Below are positions 50,926-63,930 of a DNA stretch of 64,000 nt, one piece after another (the first letter of the stretch is position 1; each line of letters opens with the position of its first letter). Position numbers and translations under genes: made by a program. Source of the DNA: Squalus acanthias (lineage: Eukaryota); contig CM059433.1 in NCBI GenBank assembly GCA_030390025.1, forward strand, positions 65,348,001-65,412,000. The letters run 5' to 3'. The notes under the pieces were generated by a model. It was not told the origin of the DNA and searched no databases. It worked only from the letters and a program-made list of their open reading frames with translations.

Positions 50926-53900
50926 GTCATAGGCTTATGAGCTACTCAACCAAAAAGGCATTAGAATCAAGGCCAATCCACTGCTCTTTCGACATCCACA
51001 CACATGTACTTCCCAGCAGGAGCCACTAAATTGTAATCAGAAGTGGGAAATCTGGTGGATATTTGTTCTCCCTAGTCCAAATGCACTGAGTCCAAGTGTA
51101 GCACCTTTACAGTCACCCAGCTGAGAGAGTCAACTCAGCATCGACCAGGAATCGAACCAAAGACCTTCTGGTCTGTATTGCTCAGTTACACACTGCTTCT
51201 ACCAACTGAACCATCGAGGGAGCTAAAATAACTTTTGTGGGGAGGAGGGGAGGCAGTGAACTGCATAGTTTCTGGCCCAAGTGATACCTAATCCAACAAT
51301 GTTTGATGTTGTTGTAGCAACTCTGCCACTGGCCTACTAATGGAGTTCATTATGCAAGGCTGTAAAGGCCAGATGTGCAATATTACACATAGAATCATCT
51401 CAAAGTATCCTTTATGTTGGCCTATACAGATTGCCTAGTAAATAAATGGGGTCTATTTTTTATGTATCCCAGTTTACCCATAAAATTTAAGGCACAAGAA
51501 ATTAATTGACAAGTGCAGAGGTAATACTGTTCAGTTTAATGGGATCATAAACTTAAAAATACAGTACCATTTCTGAGATGTTTTACTAGACTGTATTAAA
51601 ATAAAAGATTGCACCCATTTGACTTTTTCAAAAATTCGATTATTTTTCTCTCCAAAACATATTTCAGATTTATTGGAGCAGACCATTTATTAATAACTTC
51701 TTTACAGGTACAACACTGGTTATTGGATTTCGAATTCCATGACCTTGACCTAAAACTGCCAAGGAAAAAAAAAGAATTGAAATGAGACACTTTTGCAGCT
51801 GCTATCCAATGACCCAGCTGGAAGGTTCAAGTACGGACATCAGGTGAGGTCAAGATTTTGCTCAGTTATGATGTCCCACTCACTGGGTAAAATACACTCT
51901 CTGTCTAGGCCCACGTATAAAAATTGGACAAGGATCTTGATGGCTAACTTTACAATCACACCCTTGTATGAGTAACCAGTTTCACGAGTGGAACGTGATT
52001 TAGGATTCTGCTTCACTCAAGCCTTTCTCTGATCACAGGTGAGACTGAAAACTCACCATTAGAAGAATCGTGGGCACAACTGAGTCATGTTACTCTTGAC
52101 TTTTGGGGGCTACATTCCTTGTACCAGGTAGATTATATTGGCTATACACATTGGACACTCTAGGTTTATCTGGCACACCCTAATCATATACATACATGAA
52201 TACGCTTCATCGTGCATTATATGTGTATACATTCGTGCGTTGGTGCTCAGAAGGAGTCATAGAGTCCAGAATATGTATTAACTGAGCCACACACATTGCA
52301 TGTACCCATCAGGACATCATCCATCAAACTGAGCAGTCAGTCTTGTGGCCACTGGCAAGTATGATGGTGAAATCTATCAAGACATCACATTGTAATTTCC
52401 CTCCATTACAACAATGACTACACTTCAAAAGTACTTTGCTGGCTGTAAAGCGCTTTGGGATGTCCTGAGGTTGTGAAAAGGGGCTTTATAAATGCAAGTT
52501 CTTTCTTTTAATAATGTATAATAGATTCTGGGGTACAATATATCTTCAGATGCTATGCTGAAGATTATAAAATGCAAATGCTGCATGAAGCAACCACACT
52601 AAGCTCTAAAGACCAGTAGCACGTCAGAAGCTCTACACTTAGCGATTTAATTCTCTCAATGCATGATTTTGAGCAAAGTGACTGTTAAAATAACGCAGTC
52701 AGAAATTTTATGCAATCGTGTTAATCAGTGCATAACAGTGTCAATTAAACGCTAGTGACCACATTTTGGCAATGAAATGATGTAAATATTGCACTATAAA
52801 ATTCAGTTATAACAAGGGAAAACTAGTAGTAATATTTATGAGTGAAGTATGTTAGACAATTCAAGGGGCATCAGATAAAGTTCAAAAATAGCAAATCACT
52901 TCTAAAATTTGAATATTAATGTTTACAAATACAGTAGGAAAAAATACTTTTACAAATCATAAGCTGAATTTTGGAAGCTATACTTTAACTGCAGAACAGA
53001 TGAATTAAAAGGCCAGGAATAGAGCGGGAAGAGGAGATGAACTAGGAAATTAATTCTTTGCCCTCATAAAAATGGCTCTTGCTGCTTTTCTTTATTTCTA
53101 AATTTGCTGAGCAGTAATCAGATAAAACGTATTAATCTTGGTTTTAATCAAAGGACAGATTGATTTTTTTCTACCCTTTTGTTGTATGGAACCGACCTCA
53201 GCAGAGTCAGTGCTGTACTGATTTACAGACCAGACCTCAGTCCAGATCTGTGGTGGCCAACACAGGAGTAAGCGTGTCCTTTAAAGCAGGCGTGCCCACA
53301 TTCTTTGTTGTTGTGGGCCACTTAAGTGCAAACAATGGAGCACTGCAGGCCATATATAAAGTTAAAATCCTTCTCCCCACTAATGTGCATATATTTCAAG
53401 CTGCAGATACCAACACACCTTGATGTTTTGATTTAGGACTTAACCACCAATGAAGCAAAAGAACAGCCTCTTTCAAACCTCCAGGCTCGTAAAATTCTAA
53501 TGGGACAAAGTAGGAATGATAAATAAAAGTTTTATTAGTAAGGGAGTTGCCTTGACTTTGTGGCCTGGAAGTTGGATACCCCTGCTTTAGGAAATCTTCC
53601 TGAAAACAGCTTCCTTATCAAAGACAGTAATAATTGATGCTTCCCTGTGTAGCTTATTTTAAGGAATCTTGGGCTGTTAGACCCCAATTGGTACATCAGT
53701 AGACTTGAACTTCAAGGGGTACAGTTGGCTTTGTTGCAGAACCATAATGCCTCTGGACAGACAACACAAGTCACTCAGCTGGTCAACAAAGAAGGTGGGA
53801 CCTATTTGGATCCCTTTGTAACAATGCAATGCTGATGGCTTGTTGATACCATCATGCCAGCTGGCAACGCTTCACCACCTATGAGGGCGCATGCTGCTTG

Positions 53901-54585
53901 GAAATAATTCAGCAAATTTTCCAGGCAAGATGTGACTATTCAACAGACCACTTTACATCATTAGGTTCTTGTTTTCTACTCCGGGAGTACGGATACGTTT
54001 GCCAGCTGGTTGCACTGGCCTTCTATTGGAAGCAGAATATTCCTGTACATTTTTTTTCGATTGCTTTGGATTCCGTGGACCCTTCAGAAGGTTTGACTTG
54101 AAGGGGGAGTAGTAATTCTAGTAACCCTCTGAACTTGTGGTTCTGTGATATCATGAAGTTGAACAGTGTCTCACCTTCCCTCCCTCCTCACAGGGACAGC
54201 TCTCACAAAACTCAGATCAAATTTTACATCTGGACTCAATGAGCTTCTGCTTGAAGTCTGCCTGTCTAGAGGAGATGTTATCTAGGACAAGGTCTCCCTC
54301 TATTGGTAATAAATATTTTACTTGCCTGCCCACAGGGGAATTTCCACAAACACAGCTTGTAGCACCAGGGTATCACAATTTTCCATTCACCCTGCTCTGG
54401 TAGTTAGGTCCATTTCTGCAACACATACTGCTTTGCATTGCAGTGAGTCATTGTGACTAATGCAGTTTAATTTAGTGGTGTAAAGTTTAGAGATTTATAT
54501 GGTACTTTGTTTCAGCCAAAAGACATCCATGAAAGTCCCTGGCCTTGTTGCAAGGAAAACTAATCGATCACAGATGGGTAAAAAT

Positions 54586-54950
54586 CTTCTTCTTCTTAGG
54601 CAGTCCCTCGGAACCGAGGATGACTTGCTTCCACATTAAAAATGAGTTCGCAGGTGACTGATGAGTCCAATGTGGGACCTACAGTCTCTGTCACAGGTGG
54701 GGCAGACGGTGGTTGAAGGGGCAGGTGGGTGGGGTGCTTGGGTTGACGTGCGCTCCTTGCGTTGCCTGCGCTTGGCTTCCGCTTGCTCCCGGTGAAAAGA
54801 CTTGAGGTGTTCGGTGCCTTCCTGGATGCTTCTCCTCCACTTTGTGCGGTCTTGGGCCAGGGATTCCCAGGTGTCGGTGGGGATGTTACACTTTTTCAAG
54901 GAGGCTTTGAGGGTGTCCTTGAAAAAGGACACCCTCAAAGCCTCCTTGAA
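54586..54950 (-). mobile_element. RTE/BovB-type LINE 3' end with 10-bp TSD and a 5' fold-back
   Basis: FKDTLKASLKKC...CPTCDRDCRSHIGLISHLRTH (C2H2 finger); (GAA)n tail. TSD GGGTAAAAAT at 54576-54585 and 54951-54960. Confidence 0.88.
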
Positions 54951-56634
54951 GGGTAAAAATAGTGGATCACTTAGAATACAGATTCATACAGATGGATCCA
55001 TTGGATCGTCCTCTTTACTTGGGCTCAGTTAGACTGATATCACCTAACTCAATCGCTCATTGTCTCTGTATTTCTTTCAGGTACTCTGACTTGTCACTTC
55101 CTGTTAAGCACATAACTTGAACACTAATTGTAAGTGATTACAGATACAACACAACAATATACTACTAATTACATATACTAAGTACTTTAAACATTCAATG
55201 GGATGGTAAACATTCTCTATTTCATATCAAAGTATGCAAATTTGCATAGCTTTAATTCTATAACCAGGTCACCTCAGAATGTTGTTATTCCTCAAGACAT
55301 TCGACTTGGCACTCGGCAATCCTGACTTTATTATGAAACTCGGTCCTTGCAGTGGCAAAAAAATTCTGCAGTCTTGTATTTCCGTAACTTTGTCTGTACA
55401 ATCCAAGATGTTAAAATTAGATTTGCAGAGAATCTGTTCCAATACGATGCTCCATCGGCCTGATGTAGTAAGAGCTTGGCGTGCAGGGTCCATGAAAGCA
55501 AGCCTGCAACTGGGATTTCTAATGAGCCCCTCCATCTCTTTCTGATTCAGCACTCATCTATTCCTCTCTGCCTGATGTCCTCGTTTAACCCTCGCTGGCT
55601 AACGCCCGATGCTTACCAGGTTAACCCCAAAGTTATCACCCCAATCTCACTAGCTGAAGCAAAAGCTGTCCCACTCGGATCAGATTGATGCCAAAGTACG
55701 AATGATTACTGCAATCCCCGTCTGTTGCCCGCTCCTTGTCTGAGCACCAAACAACTGCTCTCTCGATGATGCCCGTCTCTGCTTTAGCGCCAATCCGCCT
55801 CCCTTTACCCTTTTGTGGTAAAGCCCAGAGGCTCCTCAGGTTGATCCCAAAGATATTCCTCTATACCCTCCGGTTGAATCAAAAGAATTTCATTTGTTAT
55901 TTAAAGTGCTATAAATAGCAGCAGGAAAGGCCGGCAACAGAGTGGCTTTTGAGAGTCGAATCTTTAAAGAAAACCACAGGCAGCACCAGGAAAGTGCCCA
56001 AGAGTTTAGGAATTGCTGCAGTGGTGGCACAGTGGGGGGAAAGGTTGAATTTAAAATTCAAACAGAGATATAGCAGGTTGGGAAAAAAGGCATTAATGGC
56101 ACTGTGGGGAAAAATAACATTTTTTAATCTTCTCAATATAAAATCAAATAAAGAAAATTACAGAAAATATATCTAAAAGTTGTTGCAGTTAGTGGCAGGT
56201 GCAAAGTACGATGGTAGCAATGCCACCTAGTGCGTTAGGACTGAAAGAAAAGTATTTTTTGCAGCCATTACAGCATTATCCAATAAAAGTAATATAAGCA
56301 GGTGTTACAAGTGGCGTGACAAAATTGTAAAACAGGAAGTAAGTGTGATAGCAAGATTATACATCTCCAACATCTCTCTTTATTTGCACGCCATTTTTTG
56401 TGCTGCGATCATTGTGTGAGGCGTAAGCCACAGATTTGCAATCTTGGCGGATCACAACAACTAACCTAACATGTGATGCATCAACCTGCAGTATGACCTC
56501 TTTTCTTGTGTCAAAATACTCAACACTAGGCCTGGAAGTTTTGAGATCAGTTGCTTTGTTTGTTTGAAAGCTTTAGCAACCTACTCGTACATTTTTTTTC
56601 AGAATCTGAATCAGTCTTGAAGCAAATTCAATGA

Positions 56635-57318
56635 ATCACAGAAAGTTAACATGCAGGTACAGCAAGCAATTAGGAAAGCAAATGGTATGTTAGCCTTTAT
56701 TACAAAAGGATTGGAGTATAAGAGTAAAGAAGTCTTCTGAAATTATAAAGGGCCTTGGTGAGACCACACCTGGAATACCGTGTAAAGTTTTGGTCTCCTT
56801 ACCCAAGGAAGGATATACTTGCCTTGGAGGGAGTGCAACAGAGGTTCAATAGACTGATTCCTGGGATGGTGGGAATTGTCCTATGAGGAGAGATTGAGTA
56901 GACTAGGCCTCTATTACCTAGTATTTAGAAGCATGAGAGGTGATCTCATTGAAACATAAAATTCTTAGGGGGCTTGACAGGGTAGATGCTGGGAGGATGT
57001 TTGCCCTGGCTGGGGTGTCTAGAACCAGGGGTCACAGTCTCAGAATAAGGGGGCGGCCATTTAGGACTGAGATGAGAAATTTCTTCACTCAAAGGGTTGT
57101 GAATCTTTGGAATTCTCTACCCCAGAGGGCTGTGGATGCTCAGTTGTTGAGTATATTCAAGATAGAGATCGATAGATTTTTGGATACTAAGGGAACCTAG
57201 GGTTATGGGGATCGGGCAGAAAGATGGAGTTGAGGTAGATCAGCCATGATCTTATTGAATGGCGGAGCAGGCTCGAAGGGCCGAATGGCCTACTCCTGCA
57301 TCTATTTCTTATGTTATG
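56635..57318 (+). mobile_element. CR1 3' fragment
   Basis: KANGMLAFI...FFTQRVVNLWNSLPQ; CR1 3'UTR. Confidence 0.85.
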
Positions 57319-57319
57319 T

Positions 57320-57570
57320 TCATAATCGTCTCAAGTTCCTTGTTTGGCTTTGGGACTTCATATTTTGAACAACTTTGGCCTTTATAAAATCTGCTTCAAA
57401 ACTATTGTGTCCAAAATACGTTACTTTTAGAAGTTTGTCCTTATTTACCCTCAGGTCTGTGAAGTCTTTGTTGTGTATATTTTGTATGTCTCCAAACACC
57501 ACAATATCATTGACTGTCACGTAGGCTTCGTCGAATTTGTCAAGGACTTCTTGCTGAAATACTTCCTACA
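57320..57570 (-). mobile_element. Highly decayed Gypsy-like RT fragment
   Basis: EVFQQ...VTVNDIVVFG...VTYFGH resembles the RT xxDDIxxFG and V.YLGH motifs. Confidence 0.45.
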
Positions 57571-57588
57571 CTGATGAGGTTCCAAATG

Positions 57589-58114
57589 ATGCGGAGATGC
57601 CGGTGTTGGACTGGGGTGGACAAAAGTGGGAAGTCGCACAACACCAGGTTATAGTCCAACAGTTTTATTTGAAATCACAAGCTTTCGGAGCGGCTGCTCC
57701 TTCGTCAGGTGAAGTGAAGAAATACAAATCGGCAAAGCATATATAGATAGAGAACAATGCATGTGCAGAGTACAATGTCAGACGACTACAGTTAATCTTT
57801 CTGACTGCCTTTTATCACACCTCGGCAGAGACAAAACCAGGTCAGTCAGGAAGACATTATATCAAATATCAAATCAGATATAATGTCTTCCTGACTGACC
57901 TGATTGTCTCTCTGCCGAGGTGTGATAAAAGGCAGTCAGAAAGATTAACTGTAGTCGTCTGACATTGTACTCTGCACAGGCATTGTTCTCTATCTATATA
58001 TGCTTTGCCGATTTGTATTTCTTCACTTCACCTGACGAAGGAGCAGCCGCTCCGAAAGCTTGTGATTTCAAATAAAACTGTTGGACTATAACCTGGTGTT
58101 GTGCGACTTCCCAC
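57589..58114. mobile_element. Penelope-like element 3' end with ~239-bp inverted repeat and 14-bp TSD
   Basis: Arms 57625-57863 and 57877-58115, 13-nt spacer. TSD TGAGGTTCCAAATG at 57575-57588 and 58115-58128. Same family as the 46-kb copy. Confidence 0.87.
58028..58065 (+). ncRNA. Minimal type-I hammerhead ribozyme motif (mirror copy on - at 57675-57712; another on - at 45988-46024)
   Basis: tcac-CUGACGA-a-GGAGC(agcc)GCUCC-GAAA-GCUU-guga: conserved core, stem II, stem I UCAC/GUGA, palindromic stem III. Minimal hammerheads are established features of Penelope-like element repeats. Confidence 0.75.
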
Positions 58115-58255
58115 TGAGGTTCCAAATGGCATGCACGTAAAACATCAAAAACAACTTGCATTTATACAATGCCTTTGATGTAAAAAAAAGTCCCACGGTT
58201 TTTGACAATGGCAATAGATAGTGAATAGTCACTGAGCCACAGGGGAGGGGAGAAA

Positions 58256-58256
58256 T

Positions 58257-58295
<39 letters not shown>

Positions 58296-58298
58296 GAG
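58256..58298 (+). repeat. (GA)n microsatellite
   Basis: Read directly from the sequence. An imperfect GA tract also lies at ~47035-47095. Confidence 0.9.
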
Positions 58299-58660
58299 TG
58301 AGATTATGAAGGGTGACCAAAAACTACATTGAAAAGATGGGTTTTGAGTCTTTTTTTTTATAAAAGGTAGAGGAGTGGAGAGGTGGAATGATTTATGGAA
58401 GGGAATGTGTGTGATGCACATTGCTAAAACGTATAGCGAGTGCAGCCAAAAAAAATTATTGACCTATTTCTATTTTCCTTACTTTTCCTGATTTTCCCCC
58501 CACTTTTGTCAGCATCAATCATTTCCAATTCAGCCATAGTGGGGGTAGCATCGTGCCCAAGCTCAATCTAGTCTGCTCTAAGAATGTACCTTAATCATAA
58601 CCTCAGAACAACACCTCTTACTTGTGGTAGTGTGACTTTTCCTATATCCGTACCAACCAT

Positions 58661-61600
58661 TGTAATATATGTGGGTAGAACAAATGAAGGACAGAGACAT
58701 GATGAGTTGCTAGTCAAGGTGCTTGTTTACTAGGCCAGAGCGAATTGAGCATGCTCATACTAAACCATGTGATAATACATTACACTGCTTTCCCCTTAAA
58801 AAAATGTACATATTCCCCTCTCAAATACAACAAAACTATGGTCCCACCTTTCCCAGCATTACATGTACCACATAACAAAAACTCCTGGCTTTTTTTCTAA
58901 ATGAACTACAAATCCAGTTTAATAACAGGTTTGCTGAGCCTTCCTGATTTCCTTAAAGAGAGTTTGGGTGTTGAACCAATTTTCGGGCTGTTTTGTTTTG
59001 GTTCCGAACTCAAAGATGATCCTGTTTCTATCTCAGACTTATTTGAACCTGGTACTTCCTGGTACTGCCATCCCTGTAATGGCTGCATCAAAAAAGCAAC
59101 GTTGGGCAGTGTTGTCACAATATGACTACACGATTGAATATCGCACTTCAAAGCAGAATGCAATCGCAGATGCCTTGCCCAGGTTGCCACATGAGGACTC
59201 GTGTTGGGAGTGAAGGCGAGATTTTCATGCTAGGTGCAGTTGACAAAGACTTTCCTGTGAATGCAACTGAGATTGCAGATGAGTCTCAAAAGGACTCAGT
59301 TCAGACTTCAGTAACTGAAGTACCAGGTTCAAACAAGTCTGAGATAGAAACAGGATCATCTTTGAGTTCAGAACCAAAACAAAACAGCCCGAAAATTGAT
59401 TCAACACCAAAACTCTCTTTAAGGAAATCAGGAAGGCTCAGCAAACCTGTTATTAAACTGGATTTGTAGTTCATTTAGAAAAAAAGCCAGGAGTTTTTGT
59501 TATGTGGTACATGTAATGCTGGGAAAGGTGGGACCATAGTTTTGTTGTATTCACAATATACATTAATGATCTAGATAAGGGAACTAAATGTAATATCTCC
59601 AAGTTTGCAGATGACACAAAGCTGGGTGGGAGTGTGCGCTGCGAGGAGGATACTGAGAAACTCCAGGATGATTTGGACAGGTTGGGTGAGTGGGCAGAAG
59701 TATGGCAGATGCAATATAACGTGGATAAATGCGAGGTTATTCATTTTGGTGTCAAAAACAGAAAGGCAGACTATTATCTGAATGGCAATAGATTGGGAGA
59801 AGGGGAAGTGCAACGAGACCTGGGTGTCCTTGTGCACCAGTCGCTGAAGGTAAGCATGCAGGTGCAGCAGGCGGTGAAGAAGGCAAATGGTATGTTGGCC
59901 TTCATAGCGAAAGGGTTTGAGTATAGGAACAGGGATGTCTTGCTGCAGTTGTACAGGGCCTTGGTGAGACCACACCTTGAGTATTGTGTGCAGTTTTGGT
60001 CGCCTTATCTGAGGAAGGATGTTCTTGCCATGGAGGGAGTTCAGCGAAGATTCACAAGGCTGATACCTGGGATGGCAGGAATGACATATGAGGAGAGATT
60101 GGGTCGATTGGGCTTATACTCGCTGGAGTATAGAAGAATGAGAGGGGATCTCATCGAAACATAGAAAATTCTGACAGGTCTGGACAAACTAGATGCAGGA
60201 AGAATGTTCCCGATGGTCGGAGAGTCCAGAACCAGGGGTCATAATCTAAGGATAAGGGGTAAGCCATTTAGGACAGAAATGAGGAAGAATTTCTTCACCC
60301 AGAGAGTGGTGAACCTGTGGAATTCTCTACCACAGAAGGTAGTTGAGGCCAAGTCATTAAATATATTCAAGAATGAGTTAGATATATTTCTTAAAGCTAA
60401 AGGTATCAAGGGATATGGGGAGAAGGCAGGTACAGGGTACTGAGTTTGGATGATCAGCCATGATCTCATCGAATGGCGGAGCAGGCTCGAGGGGCCAAAT
60501 GGCCTACTCCTGCTCCTATCTTCTATGTTTCTATGTTTCTATCGGGGTAAACTTTCTGCCGATCAGGAGCTGTTCGAATTTCTTGCTTCCTTTTCAATTT
60601 GCACGTAGTTTCTTTCACTCTTTGAGGATTCGAACACAATTGGTTTCTCTTGGCCGTCATCCATTACATGGCTTATGACAGCTCCCACACCATGGCTAGA
60701 AACATCACACGCTAACTTAAGCTCACGCTCTGTGTCGTAGTGCACAAGTAGAGCATCGCTAGAGAGACTTCTCTTACAAGTGTCGTAAGCTTCCTGTTGC
60801 GCTTTTGTCCACTTCCTCTGGATATCCTTCTTGAGGCGCTCATGCAATGGAGCTAACATGGTCGCTAACTCAGGTAAGAAATGTGCGCAGTACTGGACAT
60901 TCCAAGGAAAGATTTTAACTCAGACACGTTCTGTGGCTTTGGAGCATTGATGACAGCATCAACCTTTTCCTTAACTGGTTGCAAGCCAGTTGCATCAACT
61001 TTCAGACCAAGGTACACAACCTCAGGCTGCACAAAAGCACATTTGCTCCTTTTCAATTTGATATTGTGGGAATTCAACCTTTGAAGCACTAAATTACTTG
61101 TTCAGCATTGTGTAGAGTCGCTTCTTTGAAGCATCTACACTGAAGATGTTTTTCCAGTCTAGTTTTAACTTTTTCAACCAGTCTTTTCCCATGAGGGTTG
61201 GTCTGTTGTTGTAGCTCGCTACAATAATAGGCAGGTTTACTGACTGGCCATTGTGTTGAACTGTACATTCTATTTGTCCACGTCTCTAGGATTTCTCCGG
61301 AGTAGGGTTTTAACTCTACGGTACTCTTTTTAAGTGGTACTTGATTAAACTTACTCTCATATGTGTCCTTACTCATGATAGATCATTTCGTCGCTGTGTC
61401 GATACACATATCAATATATTGGTTATTGATCAAAAGTTTTGTACGGAAGTCTTTCTCACGAGTGCTAGCATTGCCACTATTGGCATAGATACTGTAGATG
61501 CCTAGTACATCGGTGTGTTCACTTCAATATTGTGAACTCCTCCCTTTTGCTGTCGCTGCTTTTCATTGCCACTAGAATGGTTCTTACTTCCTGCTTTCGA

Positions 61601-62778
61601 TCTAGCTCTGCAAGCTGTTGAAATATGGCCTTGCTTCTGGCAGTGAAAACACTTCACATTTCTGTATTGGCAGGACTGTGGTGAGTGATTTCCATTGCAG
61701 CAATAACAATTCACTGAGCTGCTCTCACCGACATGCTTTTAACTTGGTCTCTCAACTTTAGATTTGGCGGTGGCTTTGTGACTGTAGACCTCAGCTGCAC
61801 TAGTCACTTGAGTTGGACGGAGCTCCCTAGCATTCTTAGACCCCCATCTCCATAGGTAGGGCAATTTTGCATGCTATGTCAAACATTAGGTTCGGTGTGT
61901 TCAGTAACTTGGACTGTGTGTGCTCATCCACCAGTGCACACATAAACCTAACTCGCAACGCACGACCCAAAAATGTGACGAAGTTACAATGCAAAGACAG
62001 GTTCTTAAGAGCTACAATGTACTCACTGATGGTTTCACTTTGTTTTTGGTTTCTGGTACCAAAATTATAGCTCGCTGCTACTTCTAAAGGCTTTGGGTCG
62101 AAATGGTCCTCGAGTTTCTCGACAATGTCTTCAAACAATGCATCCTTCACTTTCCCTGGTGCAAGTAGGTTTGTAAACGTTCCGTAGACAACTGGCCTGA
62201 TCTCCGTTAGAAAAATTGCTTTTTTACATTCACAAATTACTTTATTTTGAGCTTGAACATTCTCATCTGCACCTTCGGTCTCAATAATGTTATTAGCCTT
62301 AAAAAACATCTCCATCCACTCAATGTAAGAACTGAATGGTTTGCGAGCTCGGTCATACATGCCGAGGCTTCCGATGAATCCCGTAGGCGCGGCCATGATT
62401 GTCCCGATCCCAGTGAACAGTGACTCAGCACGTTACCTGTGTACCTGTGAGAATCAACGCCGCTGTTGCTGTGTATACATACACGCGAAGGCGAAGCACA
62501 GACGATTCGGCATCAGCATTAACAGTAAAACATCGCAAAAAATTCAGTTTAGGTGTCACAAATTCACCTTCAACTTTTCCACTCAAAGGTTGAACACTGT
62601 GTCCTTCCATGATCCCTAAAAATGGCTTTGGGATCCCATCCTCATTGCCAAAAATGTAATATATGTGGGTAGAATAAATGAAGGACAGAGACATGATGAG
62701 TTGCCAGTAAAGGAGCTTGTTTACTAGGCCAGAGCAAACTGAGCATGCTCATACTAAACCATGTGATCATACATTACA
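58661..62778 (-). mobile_element. Ty3/Gypsy (Mag-like) LTR retrotransposon, degenerate, internally deleted and rearranged
   Basis: 124-bp TG...CA LTRs at 58661-58784 and 62655-62778 (7 mismatches by eye). PBS TGGCAATGAGGATGGGAT resembles tRNA-Ser. PPT AAGGGGAAAGCAG. Gag 62396-61836, zinc knuckles (CFHCQKQGHISTAC), protease remnant, RT/RNase H (LACDVSSHGVGAV, ERNYVQIEKEA). Flanks ACCAT/GCCAT. Confidence 0.92.
59548..60543 (+). mobile_element. 5'-truncated CR1 nested in the Gypsy element; same young subfamily as 30011-34526
   Basis: Nearly identical by eye to 33532-34526, including the tail. Confidence 0.92.
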
Positions 62779-63219
62779 GCCATCCTATGGTAAGATTATC
62801 AAATTGTGGGCTGTTTCATATCGGGACAATCATGGCCACGCCTACGAGATTCATCGGAAGCCTTGGCATGTATGACCGAGCTCACGAACCATTCAGTTCT
62901 TACATTGAGCGGATGGAAATCTTGCCCATTAGAATATGGATTGAGATTGCTCAAAATTAATTTCTCTTGTAACCCTTGTCGGCATCAGAGAGATTTTCAA
63001 CCCAGCAGTCTGGGCTGAATTAAACACAAAAGATGAATTACCTAGCCCGCTCAACCAGCCAGTTTCTATACGCAACCTCTTAGTCATTAGCTGCTGTCTG
63101 AATGATTCTTTTTCAATTTCAGGAATTCTCTTGTCAATTTGTTTTGAGTAGTGCCCTAATCAGATAATGGCTATGACAAAATTCAGCCATTCATCAGCAG
63201 TGGTTGTCTCTCCTTTGGA

Positions 63220-63930
63220 CCATGGGAACAGGATTAGGTCATTCAGCCCCTCGAGCCTGTTCCGAAATTCACTTAGATCATGGCTGATCTGTATCTCAAA
63301 ATCATTTACCCGCATTTATTCCATATTGCTTGATACCCTCATCCAACAAAAATCTATCGATCTCAGTCTTGAAAATTTCAGTTGACCCACAGCCTTTTCT
63401 GGGAGAGTTTTCCAGATTTCCATTATGCTTTGTGTGAAAAAGTGCTTACTGATTTCGCTCTGAAATAGCCTGGATCTAGCTTTAAAATTATGTCCTCTTG
63501 TTCCAGATTCCCCCAACAGAGGAAATAGTTTCTCTGTATCTACCTTATCAAATCCTTTTAACATTTTAAACACCTTGATCAGATCAGCCCTCAACTGTCT
63601 GAACTGAAGGAAATACAAGCCAGGTTTATGCAATCTTTCCTAATAATTTAACCCTTTATGTCCTGGTATCATTCTGGTGAATTTGCTCTGTACTCCATCC
63701 AAGGCTTTGCTTGCTAGCTTACGCATAGCAGAAACCATACAGGGAATTTGCACTATGATCACAAAACCACAAGATAGTTATGGACGAGGAAGGCCGTTTG
63801 ATGCATCTAAATTAATTGAGGAAGATCCTACATTCGGCTCCCCCCTCCCCAGGGTTTTTGCCTCCACTGCTCTATCTGGAAGTGTATTTCATGCGTTGAC
63901 TTCTCTCTGTGAAAAGATGAGCCACTCTGG
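63220..63930 (-). mobile_element. Two degraded CR1 3' fragments
   Basis: ORF 63316-63633 LRADLIKVFK...FFTQ; CR1 3' hairpin remnants at ~63225 and ~63780. Confidence 0.75.
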
